NCBI GenBank assembly: GCA_964640635.1
Contig: CAZXFD010000001.1
Coordinates: 177,302-241,301, forward strand
Direction: 5' to 3'
DNA: 64,000 nt
Origin: an uncultured Gammaproteobacteria bacterium
GTDB lineage: Bacteria; Patescibacteriota; Patescibacteriia; UBA1558; S5-K13
Part shown: piece by piece, positions 1 through 9,739 of the stretch
Position numbering within the stretch: the first letter of the stretch is position 1
Layout: every line of letters starts with the position of its first letter
Position numbers and translations under genes: made by a program
Notes under the pieces: model-generated
The model's input: only the letters and a program-made list of their open reading frames with translations
Database searches by the model: none
What the model was told of the DNA's origin: nothing

Positions 1-48
1 TCATTTTTTTATTATAATTAAAATATAGAAATTAATCAATCATAAAAA

Positions 49-459
49 ATGGAAAAAGATAGAGGTGAACATAGATCATTGATTCTTAGAATTTTGTCTT
101 CCAAGACGTTTTTGTTTATTTTTTTGATTATTACAATATATGCACTACTTAATGTTTACCACAATATCTCTCAAAGAATAAAAGTACAACAAGAAATAAA
201 GAATCTTCAATTAGAAGTAGAAAACTTTCAAAAAGACAATGATAAGCTAGGTAGTTTGATAAAATATTTTCAATCAGAAGAATATGTAGAATCTTCTTCA
301 AGGGAAAAATTGAGCTACAAAAAACCAGGAGAAACGGTAATCGTTTTTAATCATGAACAAAATAGTCAAATAAATACAGATCAATTAGAAAACGGCAAGA
401 AACAAACCAATATTATTTTGTGGTGGAACTATTTTTTTAATAATAATAATGAAAAATAG
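49..459 (+). CDS. Septum formation initiator FtsB/DivIC-like protein (N-terminal TM helix, coiled coil, C-terminal ...EEYVEsssREKLsYKKPGE motif)
   Basis: ORF translation: single TM helix then coiled coil, with the C-terminal motif resembling the DivIC/FtsB family signature. Sits next to ftsE/ftsX. Confidence 0.5.
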   Translation: MEKDRGEHRSLILRILSSKTFLFIFLIITIYALLNVYHNISQRIKVQQEIKNLQLEVENFQKDNDKLGSLIKYFQSEEYVESSSREKLSYKKPGETVIVFNHEQNSQINTDQLENGKKQTNIILWWNYFFNNNNEK

Positions 460-1306
460 ACTTATAAAAATCATTTTTGTATTTATGATAATTGTTTTGG
501 CATTTACATGTTTAGATGCTTATTTTTTTTATAATAAAACGTTTGTCGCAAGATTAGTTGAGCACGTCTTTCCCATTCCAGTTGTGTATGGTAATGGAGT
601 ATATATTACATTTAATGAGTATAACGGGTTATATGATTTTTATAAAAAAAATATTTATCCAAACGATCCAGAAATAAGAAAAAATTCTTTAGATTATATG
701 GTTAATATTAAGTTAATGCAAAAAGCTATAAAAGATTATAATATCAAACTTGATGGTACAAAATATAAAGAATTTGAACAAAATTTTTATATTAATAATG
801 GTGTAAAAAAAACATCTGATGATTTCGTAGGCTTTGCAAAATATGTTTTAGAGCCAGCATTTATTGAAAATGCTATTAATTTTGAATTGTCTAAGGACTC
901 TTTTAATCAGGCCAAAAAAGAACAAATGATTGGTATTTATGGAGAGCTTTTAAAAGATGCAAGTCTTTTTGATAAATATGCGGGTGAATATTTTGATAAA
1001 AATATGCTCTTTGGAGATGACCAGATATCTTATTTGCCAAAAAAAGATTTGCCAGAAAATATTCAAGAATCTATAGATGATATGAAAATAAATGATTTTA
1101 CAGAAGTCAAAAAAAGTATTTCAGGTTTTCATATATATAAATTAGTTTCAAAATTAGAGGGTAAAGAGGGGGAAGAGTCTTATTATAAAATACAGCAAAT
1201 TTTTATACCACTTATGAATTTTGATGAATATAGTCAGAATTTAATCAGTAAGTCGGAAATAAAATATTTATTGCCTAACTATGCTACAGCTTCTGTTGGT
1301 GAATAG
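449..1306 (+). CDS. Membrane-anchored hypothetical protein, possibly a SurA/PrsA-like chaperone with a degenerate parvulin-like C-terminus
   Basis: N-terminal TM/signal anchor and a long open frame. The C-terminal GFHIYKL segment weakly resembles a parvulin PPIase. The functional call is weak. Confidence 0.35.
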   Translation: MKNRLIKIIFVFMIIVLAFTCLDAYFFYNKTFVARLVEHVFPIPVVYGNGVYITFNEYNGLYDFYKKNIYPNDPEIRKNSLDYMVNIKLMQKAIKDYNIKLDGTKYKEFEQNFYINNGVKKTSDDFVGFAKYVLEPAFIENAINFELSKDSFNQAKKEQMIGIYGELLKDASLFDKYAGEYFDKNMLFGDDQISYLPKKDLPENIQESIDDMKINDFTEVKKSISGFHIYKLVSKLEGKEGEESYYKIQQIFIPLMNFDEYSQNLISKSEIKYLLPNYATASVGE

Positions 1307-1319
1307 TTGGTAATTTCGT

Positions 1320-1395
1320 GCCGGGATAGCTCAGCTGGTAGAGCAGTGGTATCGTAAACCAAAGATCGCAGGTTCGAATCCTGTTCCCGGCTCCA
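1320..1395 (+). tRNA. tRNA-Thr (anticodon CGT)
   Basis: Manual cloverleaf: acceptor stem GCCGGGA/TCCCGGC, D-arm GCTCAGCTGGTAGAGC, anticodon loop ATCGTAA with U33 and anticodon CGT, T-arm GCAGG-TTCGAAT-CCTGT, and an encoded CCA end. Confidence 0.85.
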
Positions 1396-1585
1396 TTATT
1401 ATAAAATTTAGACGTTGAGGTCGTCCTGCTAAGCGGGACAGATGGCTCCACTCGAATATAAAATTTAATAAAATAATTTTAGTCAAAAACTTAAAAATGT
1501 AGTAAAATATAGATAGCTTTTAGTTGTTAGTATTTAGTATTTAGATTTCTCTAAACTCTAACCCCTAAATTCTAAACCCTAGTCC

Positions 1586-2266
1586 ATGATTAAACTCACA
1601 AGTGTTTCAAAATTTTATTCACCAAATGTCTGGGCACTAAGCAAAGTTTCTTTGCAAATACAAGCAGGAGAATTTGTTTCAGTGGTAGGACAATCAGGAA
1701 CCGGCAAAACAACGCTGGCTAAAATTTTGTTTGCAGAAGAGAAGCCTACAGAAGGTGAAATAGTTGTAGGTGGATGGAACATAACCAATATTAAACCAAG
1801 CGAAATTCCATACTTAAGACGTCAAATAGGATTTATATTTCAAGATTTCAAATTACTTCAGCGAAAAAATATTTATGAAAATATTTCTTTTGCAATGGAA
1901 ACTTGTGGCATGGATGCAAAAAAAATAGATTTAATAGTTCCACAAATTTTGAAAATAGTAGGACTTCAAAATAAAAAAGATGCATATCCATATCAATTAT
2001 CAGGTGGAGAGCAACAGAGAGCAGCTATTGCACGCGCACTCGTTCATCAGCCAAAGTTTTTGATAGCAGATGAGCCCACTGGTAATCTAGACTCAATAAA
2101 TACAAGAGAAATCATAGATTTGCTGGTAAGAATAAATAAATTAAATACAACAGTAATGCTCGTTACTCACAATCGCGATGTTGTAAATAGTTTGAATAAA
2201 AGAGTTATAACATTTGAATCAGGAAGAATTATCAGCGATCAAAACAATGGACGCTACATCCTGTAA
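1586..2266 (+). CDS. ftsE: Cell division ABC ATPase FtsE
   Basis: Walker A GQSGTGKTT, ABC signature LSGGEQQRAAIARAL and Walker B LIADEPTGNLD. Immediately upstream of ftsX. Confidence 0.9.
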   Translation: MIKLTSVSKFYSPNVWALSKVSLQIQAGEFVSVVGQSGTGKTTLAKILFAEEKPTEGEIVVGGWNITNIKPSEIPYLRRQIGFIFQDFKLLQRKNIYENISFAMETCGMDAKKIDLIVPQILKIVGLQNKKDAYPYQLSGGEQQRAAIARALVHQPKFLIADEPTGNLDSINTREIIDLLVRINKLNTTVMLVTHNRDVVNSLNKRVITFESGRIISDQNNGRYIL

Positions 2267-2327
2267 TTTATAATTTACAAATAGTAAATCAATTAATAAT
2301 TTCTAAATTGAAAATTGAAAATAATTT

Positions 2328-3248
2328 ATGTTTGTACAATTTACAAGAATACTAAAGTTTGCAATCCAGGGTTTTTTTAGAAACTTCTGGCTTTCTATTG
2401 CAAATGTTACTATTTTGACACTCACTCTTGTTGTTATAAATTTTCTTATAGTATTTAATCTTTTAACAATGAATGCCATTGACCTTGTTAAGGACAAGGT
2501 TGATATAAGCTTATATTTCAAGCAAGATATTAGTACTAACGATATAGAGCAGGTAAAACAAAAAATATCAAAATCTCCGGAAATTAAATCTGTTGAATAT
2601 ATATCATCAGAGAAAGCATTGCAAATTTTTCAAGAAAGACATGATGGAGAAGATATTAATAAAGCTATAGAAGATCTCAAAAAAGAAGATGATCAAATTT
2701 TTGCGGCAAGCATAAAAATAAAAGCAAAAGATGTTGCAATGTATGATCAAATATTAAAAGAGTTAAGAACTAGTCAATACAGCAATCTCTTTGAAATAGA
2801 TGAAAATCAATTTAAAGATTATTCTAGGATTACAGAGAGGCTAAATAGTATTTCATCTAAAGTTGAGCTTGTTGGATATATGGTTTCTTTGATATTTATC
2901 ATAATCACTCTTACGATGGTGTATAATTCTATAAAAATAGCGATATATACACATAGAGATGAAATTTACATAATGAAGCTTGTCGGTGCAAACACTAGTT
3001 TTATAAAAGGACCATTTTTTATAGAAATTTTAATGTCTAATATAATAGCACTTTTGGTGGTAATGGGTATATTTTATGCCTCTGCTGCCATAGCTCAGCC
3101 ATTTATAGATAGATTATTTGAGGGTTATTCGATAAGCTTAATAGGATATTTTAATGAAAATTTTATAGTGATATTTTTAGGGCAACTTATTATAAGCAGT
3201 GTATTTTCTGTATCAAGTAGCTATATTGCAATGAAAAAATACTTATAA
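2328..3248 (+). CDS. ftsX: Cell division permease-like protein FtsX
   Basis: Follows ftsE. Topology is N-terminal TM, a periplasmic domain and 3 C-terminal TM helices, as in the FtsX family. Confidence 0.8.
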   Translation: MFVQFTRILKFAIQGFFRNFWLSIANVTILTLTLVVINFLIVFNLLTMNAIDLVKDKVDISLYFKQDISTNDIEQVKQKISKSPEIKSVEYISSEKALQIFQERHDGEDINKAIEDLKKEDDQIFAASIKIKAKDVAMYDQILKELRTSQYSNLFEIDENQFKDYSRITERLNSISSKVELVGYMVSLIFIIITLTMVYNSIKIAIYTHRDEIYIMKLVGANTSFIKGPFFIEILMSNIIALLVVMGIFYASAAIAQPFIDRLFEGYSISLIGYFNENFIVIFLGQLIISSVFSVSSSYIAMKKYL

Positions 3249-3276
3249 AGATATTTTTGTTTGATATAATACAAAA

Positions 3277-3305
3277 AACATCCCACTAAATGAGATGTTT
3301 TTTTA
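3277..3305. terminator. Bidirectional intrinsic terminator between ftsX (+) and rpmA (-)
   Basis: Hairpin AACATC-cccactaaatga-GATGTT flanked by an A-run upstream and a T-run downstream. Confidence 0.6.
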
Positions 3306-3330
3306 AATAAAGTTATTTGTAGTCCAGATA

Positions 3331-3609
3331 TTATTTTGTTTTTACAGCAACGAAACCACGTTGTTTGATTTTGCCATCAAAGGCTTTTACTTTCTTTTTG
3401 GAAAATTTGATTACCCCAGCTTTTTTTGCATAAAGAGTATCATCAGATCCTCTTGCTACATTTTCTCCGGGATGATATTTTGTACCACGTTGTTTTATGA
3501 TAACTTGACCAGCTCTTGTTGTTTGGCCGTTTTGAAGTTTTACGCCCAGTCTTTTTGCTTTGGAATCTCGTCCCAGCGAGGTGGATCCACCAGCTTTTTT
3601 ATGTGCCAT
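3331..3609 (-). CDS. rpmA: 50S ribosomal protein L27
   Basis: [24 protein letters not shown]... is the canonical L27 N-terminus. Confidence 0.95.
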   Translation of the reverse strand: MAHKKAGGSTSLGRDSKAKRLGVKLQNGQTTRAGQVIIKQRGTKYHPGENVARGSDDTLYAKKAGVIKFSKKKVKAFDGKIKQRGFVAVKTK

Positions 3610-3694
3610 ATGATTAGTTTTTTAGAGTTTAGGCTTTAGTATTTGAAAACACTATAGACCAGCAACCTTTTTAATTTAAATTATTACTTTTCAA

Positions 3695-3722
3695 AGTATA
3701 TCAGAAACTACATAATTGTCAA
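3695..3722 (-). promoter_or_regulatory. Sigma-70-like promoter for rpmA (TTGACA, 17 nt spacer, TATACT, read on the minus strand)
   Basis: Reverse complement reads TTGACAattatgtagtttctgaTATACT. This is followed by a G-free CTAAA-type leader running to the rpmA ATG. Confidence 0.5.
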
Positions 3723-3772
3723 GGATTTTTTGTATATTTGTTGGATAAATAGCTTGTTTTATGGTGTTTTTG

Positions 3773-3801
3773 TTGACTCTAAGTCTTTCAAGTGGTAATA
3801 T
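3773..3801 (+). promoter_or_regulatory. Candidate promoter for the Fe-S cluster operon (TTGACT, 17 nt spacer, TAATAT)
   Basis: ttgactctaagtctttcaagtggtaatat lies upstream of the IscU-like gene. Confidence 0.4.
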
Positions 3802-3896
3802 ATTATATATGATTAGAGTTTAAAAACCTTATTTTTTCATAAAATAATCATATTTTTTTGACCCCAATCATCTAATTTCCTAATCTTACTAATTAT

Positions 3897-4349
3897 ATGT
3901 ATTCCAAACAAGTATTAAAACATTTTCAAAGCCCAAAAAATCAAGGAAAGTTATTAAATCCAGATGCCGTTGGTCAGGTGGGTAATCCTGTTTGTGGAGA
4001 TATAATGAAGTTATATTTGAAAATAGACAAGAACAAGACAGATATAGGAAAAAGTAAAATACAAAGTATTAAATTTGAAACACTCGGTTGTGGAGCAGCA
4101 ATAGCATGTTCATCGGTAGTTACTGAAATTGCAAAGGGAAAAACCTTAGATTATGGACTTAATTTAGATAAAAAATTTGTATTAAAAGAACTTGGTGGTT
4201 TACCAGAAACAAAAGTTCATTGTTCAATGCTTTCTATTGAGGCGCTTAAAAAGGCAATTAATTCATATTTACAAAAAAATGATAGTTCAAAAAAAGATAG
4301 TCAAAAAATTAGTAAAAAATCCATTACTAGACCCAAAGTTAAAAAATAA
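3897..4349 (+). CDS. IscU/SufU-type Fe-S cluster scaffold (NifU N-terminal domain) with an odd Lys-rich tail
   Basis: Conserved Cys-containing motifs GNPVCGD, TLGCGAAIACSS and KVHCSMLSIEALKKAI. The tail NDSSKKDSQKISKKSITRPKVKK overlaps the next reading frame. Confidence 0.8.
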   Translation: MYSKQVLKHFQSPKNQGKLLNPDAVGQVGNPVCGDIMKLYLKIDKNKTDIGKSKIQSIKFETLGCGAAIACSSVVTEIAKGKTLDYGLNLDKKFVLKELGGLPETKVHCSMLSIEALKKAINSYLQKNDSSKKDSQKISKKSITRPKVKK

Positions 4350-4542
4350 AATAAATCAAATAAGAAAAATGCTCCAATTAGATGGAGGAGATTTGAAAGT
4401 AGTTGATTTTACAAAAAATGTTTTGAGTATAGAGTTGTTGGGAGTTTGTTCTCATTGTCCTATGGCGGAGATAACTATATCTGGATTTATTCAAGAAGAG
4501 CTTCAAAAAGTCATTCCAAAAATAAAAATTAAAAGAGTCTAA
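4279..4542 (+). CDS. Nfu/NifU C-terminal domain protein; start uncertain (ATG at 4279 or 4369) and possibly fused to the IscU-like gene by a frameshift
   Basis: ...KINQIRKMLQLDGGDLKVVDF...LLGVCSHCPMAEITI matches the Nfu-type CxxC domain. The domain begins upstream of the only non-overlapping ATG, at 4369. Confidence 0.55.
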   Translation: MIVQKKIVKKLVKNPLLDPKLKNKINQIRKMLQLDGGDLKVVDFTKNVLSIELLGVCSHCPMAEITISGFIQEELQKVIPKIKIKRV

Positions 4543-4554
4543 TTTTATATTATT

Positions 4555-5724
4555 ATGAAATTAAAAAAAATATATTTTGATAATGCGGCTACAACAGAGA
4601 TAGACAAAGATGTTCTTAAGTCAATGATGCCATATTTTTCAAATTATTTTGGAAACCCATCTTCTATACATTCTTTTGGGCAAAGAGCAGAGGGAGCCGT
4701 GCTTAGATCAAGGGACGTAATTGCAAAATTTTTAAATTGTAAGTCCAACGAAATTATTTTTACATCGGGTGCAACAGAAAGCAATAATACTATTTTAAAA
4801 GGTATTTTTTTTGATTTTAAGGGACATCTTATTACGACAGCTTTTGAACACCCATCCGTCTTAGAAACAGCAAAATATTTACAAAAAAATGGTGTAGAGG
4901 TAGATTTTGTTTTCCCTGAAAAAAATGGAATTATAGATTATAAAAAAGTTTTATCATTTATAAAAAGCAATACAAGGCTTATTTCAATAATGTATGTTAA
5001 TAATGAAATAGGAACTATACAGCCCGTTGCAAAAATTGGTAAAAAATTAAGAGAAATAAATCAGAGTAGAAAAGATAGGGTTTTTATGCATACCGATGCT
5101 GTACAGGCTACATATTTCTTGCAAATGAATGTAGAGAGACTATATGTTGACCTTATGTCTATTTCTTCTCACAAAATATATGGACCAAAAGGAGTAGGCG
5201 CTTTTTATGTAAGAAAAGAAGCAAAATTAAAACCCTTTATTCATGGTGGCCATCAAGAATATGGTTTGAGAGCAGGCACCTTGAATGTGCCAGCAATAGT
5301 GGGTTTTGCTAAGGCAATAGAGCTTATATCTAATAAATCTCATAAAGTAAATGTATTAAAAATACAGAAAATAAGAGATTATCTTATAAAGGAGGTACTT
5401 AAAATAGATATGGTTAGTTTGAGTGGAGATAGCGCACTAAGAGTTCCAAATAATGCGAATTTCTTGTTTAAGAATATCGAGGGAGAGAGCTTACTTCTCA
5501 AATTAGATATGGGTGGAATTTCTTGTTCAACTGGATCTGCTTGTGCGTCAGGATCTCTTAGTCCATCACATGTTTTATTGTCAATGGGAATAAAACCAGA
5601 AGATGCCCATGGATCTTTGAGGATTTCTTTGGGTAAATATAATGAAATGGAAGAAGTAAAGTATTTTGTTTCAAATTTAGAAAAGATAGTAAAAGAATTG
5701 AGAGGATATTCACCGCTAAAATAA
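4555..5724 (+). CDS. Cysteine desulfurase (NifS/IscS family, PLP-dependent)
   Basis: FDNAATT start and the PLP lysine motif SISSHKIYGPKG, next to the scaffold genes. Confidence 0.9.
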   Translation: MKLKKIYFDNAATTEIDKDVLKSMMPYFSNYFGNPSSIHSFGQRAEGAVLRSRDVIAKFLNCKSNEIIFTSGATESNNTILKGIFFDFKGHLITTAFEHPSVLETAKYLQKNGVEVDFVFPEKNGIIDYKKVLSFIKSNTRLISIMYVNNEIGTIQPVAKIGKKLREINQSRKDRVFMHTDAVQATYFLQMNVERLYVDLMSISSHKIYGPKGVGAFYVRKEAKLKPFIHGGHQEYGLRAGTLNVPAIVGFAKAIELISNKSHKVNVLKIQKIRDYLIKEVLKIDMVSLSGDSALRVPNNANFLFKNIEGESLLLKLDMGGISCSTGSACASGSLSPSHVLLSMGIKPEDAHGSLRISLGKYNEMEEVKYFVSNLEKIVKELRGYSPLK

Positions 5725-5728
5725 TGGT

Positions 5729-6097
5729 ATGATGTATTTTAAGGATAAATGGAAAATTTTTTTTACAAATAGAATAGTTACTAAATTTTTATTAGCTTTT
5801 TTATTGCTAAATGTTGTAATGGGATTTATGCTATATAGATTTGTAGATTTTTCAAAAGATTCTTATGTGTTGCATTATAATTACTATTTTGGAATAGATC
5901 TTTTGGGCGCCTCAAATAATCTAATTTATGTTGTAGTAGGATCTTTATTTTTGATGATCGTAAATATAATTATTGCTTTTGGAGTTTTTTCTAGAAAAAA
6001 TAATTTTTTTATATCAAATATTATATTATCAGTATCTTTGTTTATTGATTTAGAAATATTATTTTATTTAATTCAAATTATTAAATTAGAATATTAA
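5729..6097 (+). CDS. Small hypothetical membrane protein (3 TM helices)
   Basis: Hydrophobic ORF tightly packed between the desulfurase gene and mraY. Confidence 0.4.
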   Translation: MMYFKDKWKIFFTNRIVTKFLLAFLLLNVVMGFMLYRFVDFSKDSYVLHYNYYFGIDLLGASNNLIYVVVGSLFLMIVNIIIAFGVFSRKNNFFISNIILSVSLFIDLEILFYLIQIIKLEY

Positions 6098-6098
6098 T

Positions 6099-7139
6099 AT
6101 GTTTATTATAAAAATTTTTGTACTCACAACCCTTTCTTTTTTTGTGGCTTTTTTTATTACACCATTTATTACAAATATTTTATATAAATATAAACTTGGA
6201 AAACAGATAAGAGATGAGGGGTCTGCTCCAATTTTTTTTAGTTTACATAAAAAAAAAGCAGGTACTCCAACTATGGGAGGTATTATTATTTGGCTTACGA
6301 TGATTATTGTAATGGTTTTGTGTTATTTTATTTTTATATTTTTCCCAGAGAGCAAATTATCATCACTAAACTTTTTTTCTAGATCTCAAACATTGTTGCC
6401 ACTTGGAGTATTTATTGCATCAGCACTTGTTGGGTTATTAGATGATTATCTTGGTGTTAGAAAAATCGGTGAAAAAGGGGGTGGATTATCTATGAAATAC
6501 AAGCTTATTATTTATTTTGCTATAGCCACTATTGGTGCATTGTGGTTTTATTTTAAACTTGATTGGGATGTGCTTCATATTCCATTTGTTGGAAATTTCA
6601 ATATTGGGTGGTGGATTATTCCTATTTTTACTTTTGTTGTTGCGTCAACATCTTTTTCTGTAAATGAAACAGATGGACTAGATGGTCTTGTTGGAGGTTT
6701 GCTTCTTATCTGTTTTGCGGGGCTCGGGGTCATTTGTTTTTCTCAAGGAAAATATGATTTGGCAGCATTTTGTGGAGTAATAGTTGGATCTCTTATAACA
6801 TTTTTATGGTTTAACATACCACCAGCTCGTTTTTTTATGGGGGATACTGGATCTATGAGTCTTGGAATAACTCTTGGAATTATAGCAATGCTTACAAATA
6901 CACTTATTTATCTCCCAGTTATTGCATTTATTTTTATATTAGAATCATTGTCTGTGATAGTTCAGATGACTTCAAAAAAAATAAGAAAAGGAAAGAAAAT
7001 ATTTCAATCCACTCCAATTCACCATCACCTTGAAGCTATTGGATGGCCAGAGTCAAAAATTGTAATGAGGTCATGGCTCTTGGGAGGGGTTTTGATGGTT
7101 ATAACGCTTATTGTATATATGTTTGATAAGGGCATCTAA
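6099..7139 (+). CDS. mraY: Phospho-N-acetylmuramoyl-pentapeptide transferase MraY
   Basis: Polytopic membrane protein carrying the MraY motifs LDDYLGV, DGLDGL and PIHHHLE. Confidence 0.9.
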   Translation: MFIIKIFVLTTLSFFVAFFITPFITNILYKYKLGKQIRDEGSAPIFFSLHKKKAGTPTMGGIIIWLTMIIVMVLCYFIFIFFPESKLSSLNFFSRSQTLLPLGVFIASALVGLLDDYLGVRKIGEKGGGLSMKYKLIIYFAIATIGALWFYFKLDWDVLHIPFVGNFNIGWWIIPIFTFVVASTSFSVNETDGLDGLVGGLLLICFAGLGVICFSQGKYDLAAFCGVIVGSLITFLWFNIPPARFFMGDTGSMSLGITLGIIAMLTNTLIYLPVIAFIFILESLSVIVQMTSKKIRKGKKIFQSTPIHHHLEAIGWPESKIVMRSWLLGGVLMVITLIVYMFDKGI

Positions 7140-7264
7140 GATATTTATAATTTACTATTTTTAATTTAGCAATTGATTCATTATTTAAATATTGTGTAAT
7201 TGGAATTGAAAATAGTAAATAGAAATTCAATTGAAAATTGTGAATAGTAAATAGAAAATAATTT

Positions 7265-8596
7265 ATGTTGGATTTTAAAGGTAAAAAAGTTTTAATAATG
7301 GGATTAGGAACTATAGGAAAGGGTCTAAAGGATGCTTTATTTTTTCGAGAGCATGGTGCAATAGTTACAGTTTGTGATCTAAAAACAGTAAATGAATTAG
7401 GTGCTTCAATAGATGAATTAAAAAAATATAAAGATATTATATTGCATTTAGGACCACACCTTGAGTCTGATTTTATAGAAAATGATATTATAGTTAGAAA
7501 TCCAGATGTGAGATATGACTCTCCATTTTTGGCAATTGCACGACAAAACAACAAAAAGATTATCATGGACGAATCATATGCAGTCACACTTACAGATGCA
7601 ACTGTTATTGGTATTACAGGCACACGTGGAAAAACTACTACAACAACCCTTATTTATGAAATTTTAAAGAAAGCTGGATACGATGTATACATCTCAGGCA
7701 ATATTAGGGGGACTGCAACACTGCCACTTTTAGATAAATTAACAAAAAATTCTTATCTTGTTTTGGAATTATCTTCTTGGCAATTACAAGGTTTCGGGGA
7801 AGAAAAAACTTCTCCAGATTATTCTATTATCACAAATATTTATGAAGATCATTTAAATCGTGGCGGAGGAATGGATAATTATGTCGCTGATAAAAAGAAT
7901 ATTTATAAATATCAAGTCGAGTCAGATTTTTTATTTTTAAATAATGAAAAACAAGATAAATATCACACAGATTTTAAACAGGAAGCAAAATCTAAAATAA
8001 TATTTTTTTCTAAAAATGATTTAATTAATTATAAAACAAATCTTTTTGGTGATCATAATTTAGAAAATATTGCTGCGGCACGAGCACTTTGTATAGAGCT
8101 TGGAGTTGATGAGGGTATTATAAGAGGTGTTGTAGAGAATTTTATGCCAGTTGAATTTAGGTTAGAGAAAATTAGAGAAATAAATGGAGTTATTTTTATA
8201 AACGATGCAGCAAGTACTGCTCCTATTGCTGGAGTAAAAGCGCTCGAGGCTTTTGGTGATAAAGTACTTTTAATCTGTGGAGGAGCAACAAAGGGCTTGC
8301 CAATTGATGATTTTGCAAAAACAATTTGTGATCATTCAAAGCACGTCGCGCTCCTTAGCGGGACAGAAACAGAGGGTTTAAAAAACAAGATAAAAGAATT
8401 TGGTGGTGAAAATTTGATAATAGGTGTATTTGATAATTTTGAGATGGCTGTAGAGACTTTATATAAAAAAGCAAAGAGTGGTGATATTATTTTACTTTCT
8501 CCTGGATGTGCAAGCTTTGGTATGTTTAAGAATGAATTTGATAGGGGAGAACAGTTTAATAAGATTGTTAATGCGTTAATAGATAATTCAAAATGA
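7265..8596 (+). CDS. murD: UDP-N-acetylmuramoylalanine--D-glutamate ligase MurD
   Basis: Mur ligase P-loop GITGTRGKTTTT. N-terminal Rossmann segment GKKVLIMGLGTIGKG. Confidence 0.9.
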   Translation: MLDFKGKKVLIMGLGTIGKGLKDALFFREHGAIVTVCDLKTVNELGASIDELKKYKDIILHLGPHLESDFIENDIIVRNPDVRYDSPFLAIARQNNKKIIMDESYAVTLTDATVIGITGTRGKTTTTTLIYEILKKAGYDVYISGNIRGTATLPLLDKLTKNSYLVLELSSWQLQGFGEEKTSPDYSIITNIYEDHLNRGGGMDNYVADKKNIYKYQVESDFLFLNNEKQDKYHTDFKQEAKSKIIFFSKNDLINYKTNLFGDHNLENIAAARALCIELGVDEGIIRGVVENFMPVEFRLEKIREINGVIFINDAASTAPIAGVKALEAFGDKVLLICGGATKGLPIDDFAKTICDHSKHVALLSGTETEGLKNKIKEFGGENLIIGVFDNFEMAVETLYKKAKSGDIILLSPGCASFGMFKNEFDRGEQFNKIVNALIDNSK

Positions 8597-9735
8597 GAAG
8601 ATTAAAAAGATTAATAGCTAGCTTGTTTCAATCAGAGAGTAGGGAGCATGAACCTAATTATTCCTTTGTAATTTTGACGGGGATAATATTGATTTTTGGA
8701 CTTTTGATGCTTATGTCTGCTTCATCGGTTTTTTCTTATAGAAAATTTGGAACTTCTTATCATATGTTTTGGCACCAAGTTCTATATGGATTTATTCCTG
8801 GCATAGTGGCTTTTTATATTTTTTCTAGAATTGATTATAGAAAATGGAAAAAATTTTCTTCTTTGTTGTTGTTTTTTTCCTTATTATTATTAATTACAGT
8901 TTTCATTCCAGGCGTTGGAAGAGTTTATAATGGTTCTCGTAGCTGGGTTAATATCTTTGGTTTTCAATTTCAACCAGCTGAAATAGTTAAACTTACATTT
9001 ATTTTGTATTTGGCATCTTGGATTGATAGTAGAGGAGAAAAAATCAAAGAATTTTATGATGGTTTTGTTCCATTTTTATGTGTATTGGGGTCTATAGTGC
9101 TTTTGATATTTTTACAGCCAGATTTTGGGACAATGGCAATAATTATATTTATATCACTTATATGTTTTTTTATTGGAGAAGGAAATTTGAAACATATTTC
9201 ATATTTAATATTTCTTTTTATGGGCTTAGCTCTTGTTGCTGTAAAAATGGCCCCATATAGATTATCTAGATTTTTAGTTTTTTTAAATCCAAATATAGAC
9301 ATGAGAGGAGCGGGATATCATTTGAATCAAGCGCTCATTGCCGTTGGTTCTGGTGGTATATTTGGACTTGGGCTTGGACAATCAAGGCAAAAATATGGAT
9401 ATTTACCAGAAGTATCGGGGGATTCAATATTTGCTATTATGGCTGAAGAAATTGGTTTTATTTTATGTTTGTTGTTTATATTTTTAGTATTCTTATTAGT
9501 TTCTCAGGGCATAAAACTTGCAAGAAGTTGCAATGATAAATATTCTCGAGTTCTTGTTTCTGGAATTATTGTCTGGATTGGATTTCAGAGTTTTATAAAT
9601 ATTGGATCTGTAATAGGACTTATGCCAATGACAGGGGTGCCACTTCCATTTGTGAGTTATGGTGGTACGGCTATGATTATAAATCTTGCTGCGATGGGAA
9701 TATTGTTTAATGTTTCTAAATTTATTAGGATTTAA
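8593..9735 (+). CDS. ftsW: SEDS-family cell division protein FtsW
   Basis: 10-TM SEDS topology. Sits between murD and murG. Confidence 0.85.
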   Translation: MRRLKRLIASLFQSESREHEPNYSFVILTGIILIFGLLMLMSASSVFSYRKFGTSYHMFWHQVLYGFIPGIVAFYIFSRIDYRKWKKFSSLLLFFSLLLLITVFIPGVGRVYNGSRSWVNIFGFQFQPAEIVKLTFILYLASWIDSRGEKIKEFYDGFVPFLCVLGSIVLLIFLQPDFGTMAIIIFISLICFFIGEGNLKHISYLIFLFMGLALVAVKMAPYRLSRFLVFLNPNIDMRGAGYHLNQALIAVGSGGIFGLGLGQSRQKYGYLPEVSGDSIFAIMAEEIGFILCLLFIFLVFLLVSQGIKLARSCNDKYSRVLVSGIIVWIGFQSFINIGSVIGLMPMTGVPLPFVSYGGTAMIINLAAMGILFNVSKFIRI

Positions 9736-9739
9736 AATT

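Noticed and set aside
2303-2521. Short antisense or overlapping ORFs in the track (2303-2521, 3361-3639, 7108-7623, 9054-9302, 9078-9260, 12119-12604, 13761-13985, 15950-16230, 19818-20003, 21514-21714, 22060-22380, 22739-22936, 23943-24251, 24423-24623, 25924-26280, 26974-27165, 27698-28015, 28464-28685, 28909-29391, 29493-29774, 31642-31857, 31895-32101, 32973-33197, 36297-36497, 36925-37185, 38048-38251, 39298-39549, 39474-39701, 39832-40038, 41909-42100, 45390-45698, 51408-51623, 52298-52540, 55260-55466, 58793-58984, 60847-61104, 61291-61820, 63198-63467)
   Set aside because: All are embedded in, or antisense to, well-supported genes. They have AT-rich frame-shadow composition (Phe/Ile/Leu/Lys runs) and no start context.
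3610-3896. Expected rplU (L21) upstream of rpmA on the minus strand
   Set aside because: Minus-strand translation of the 287-bp interval gives no L21-like ORF. Instead rpmA has its own TTGACA-N17-TATACT promoter.
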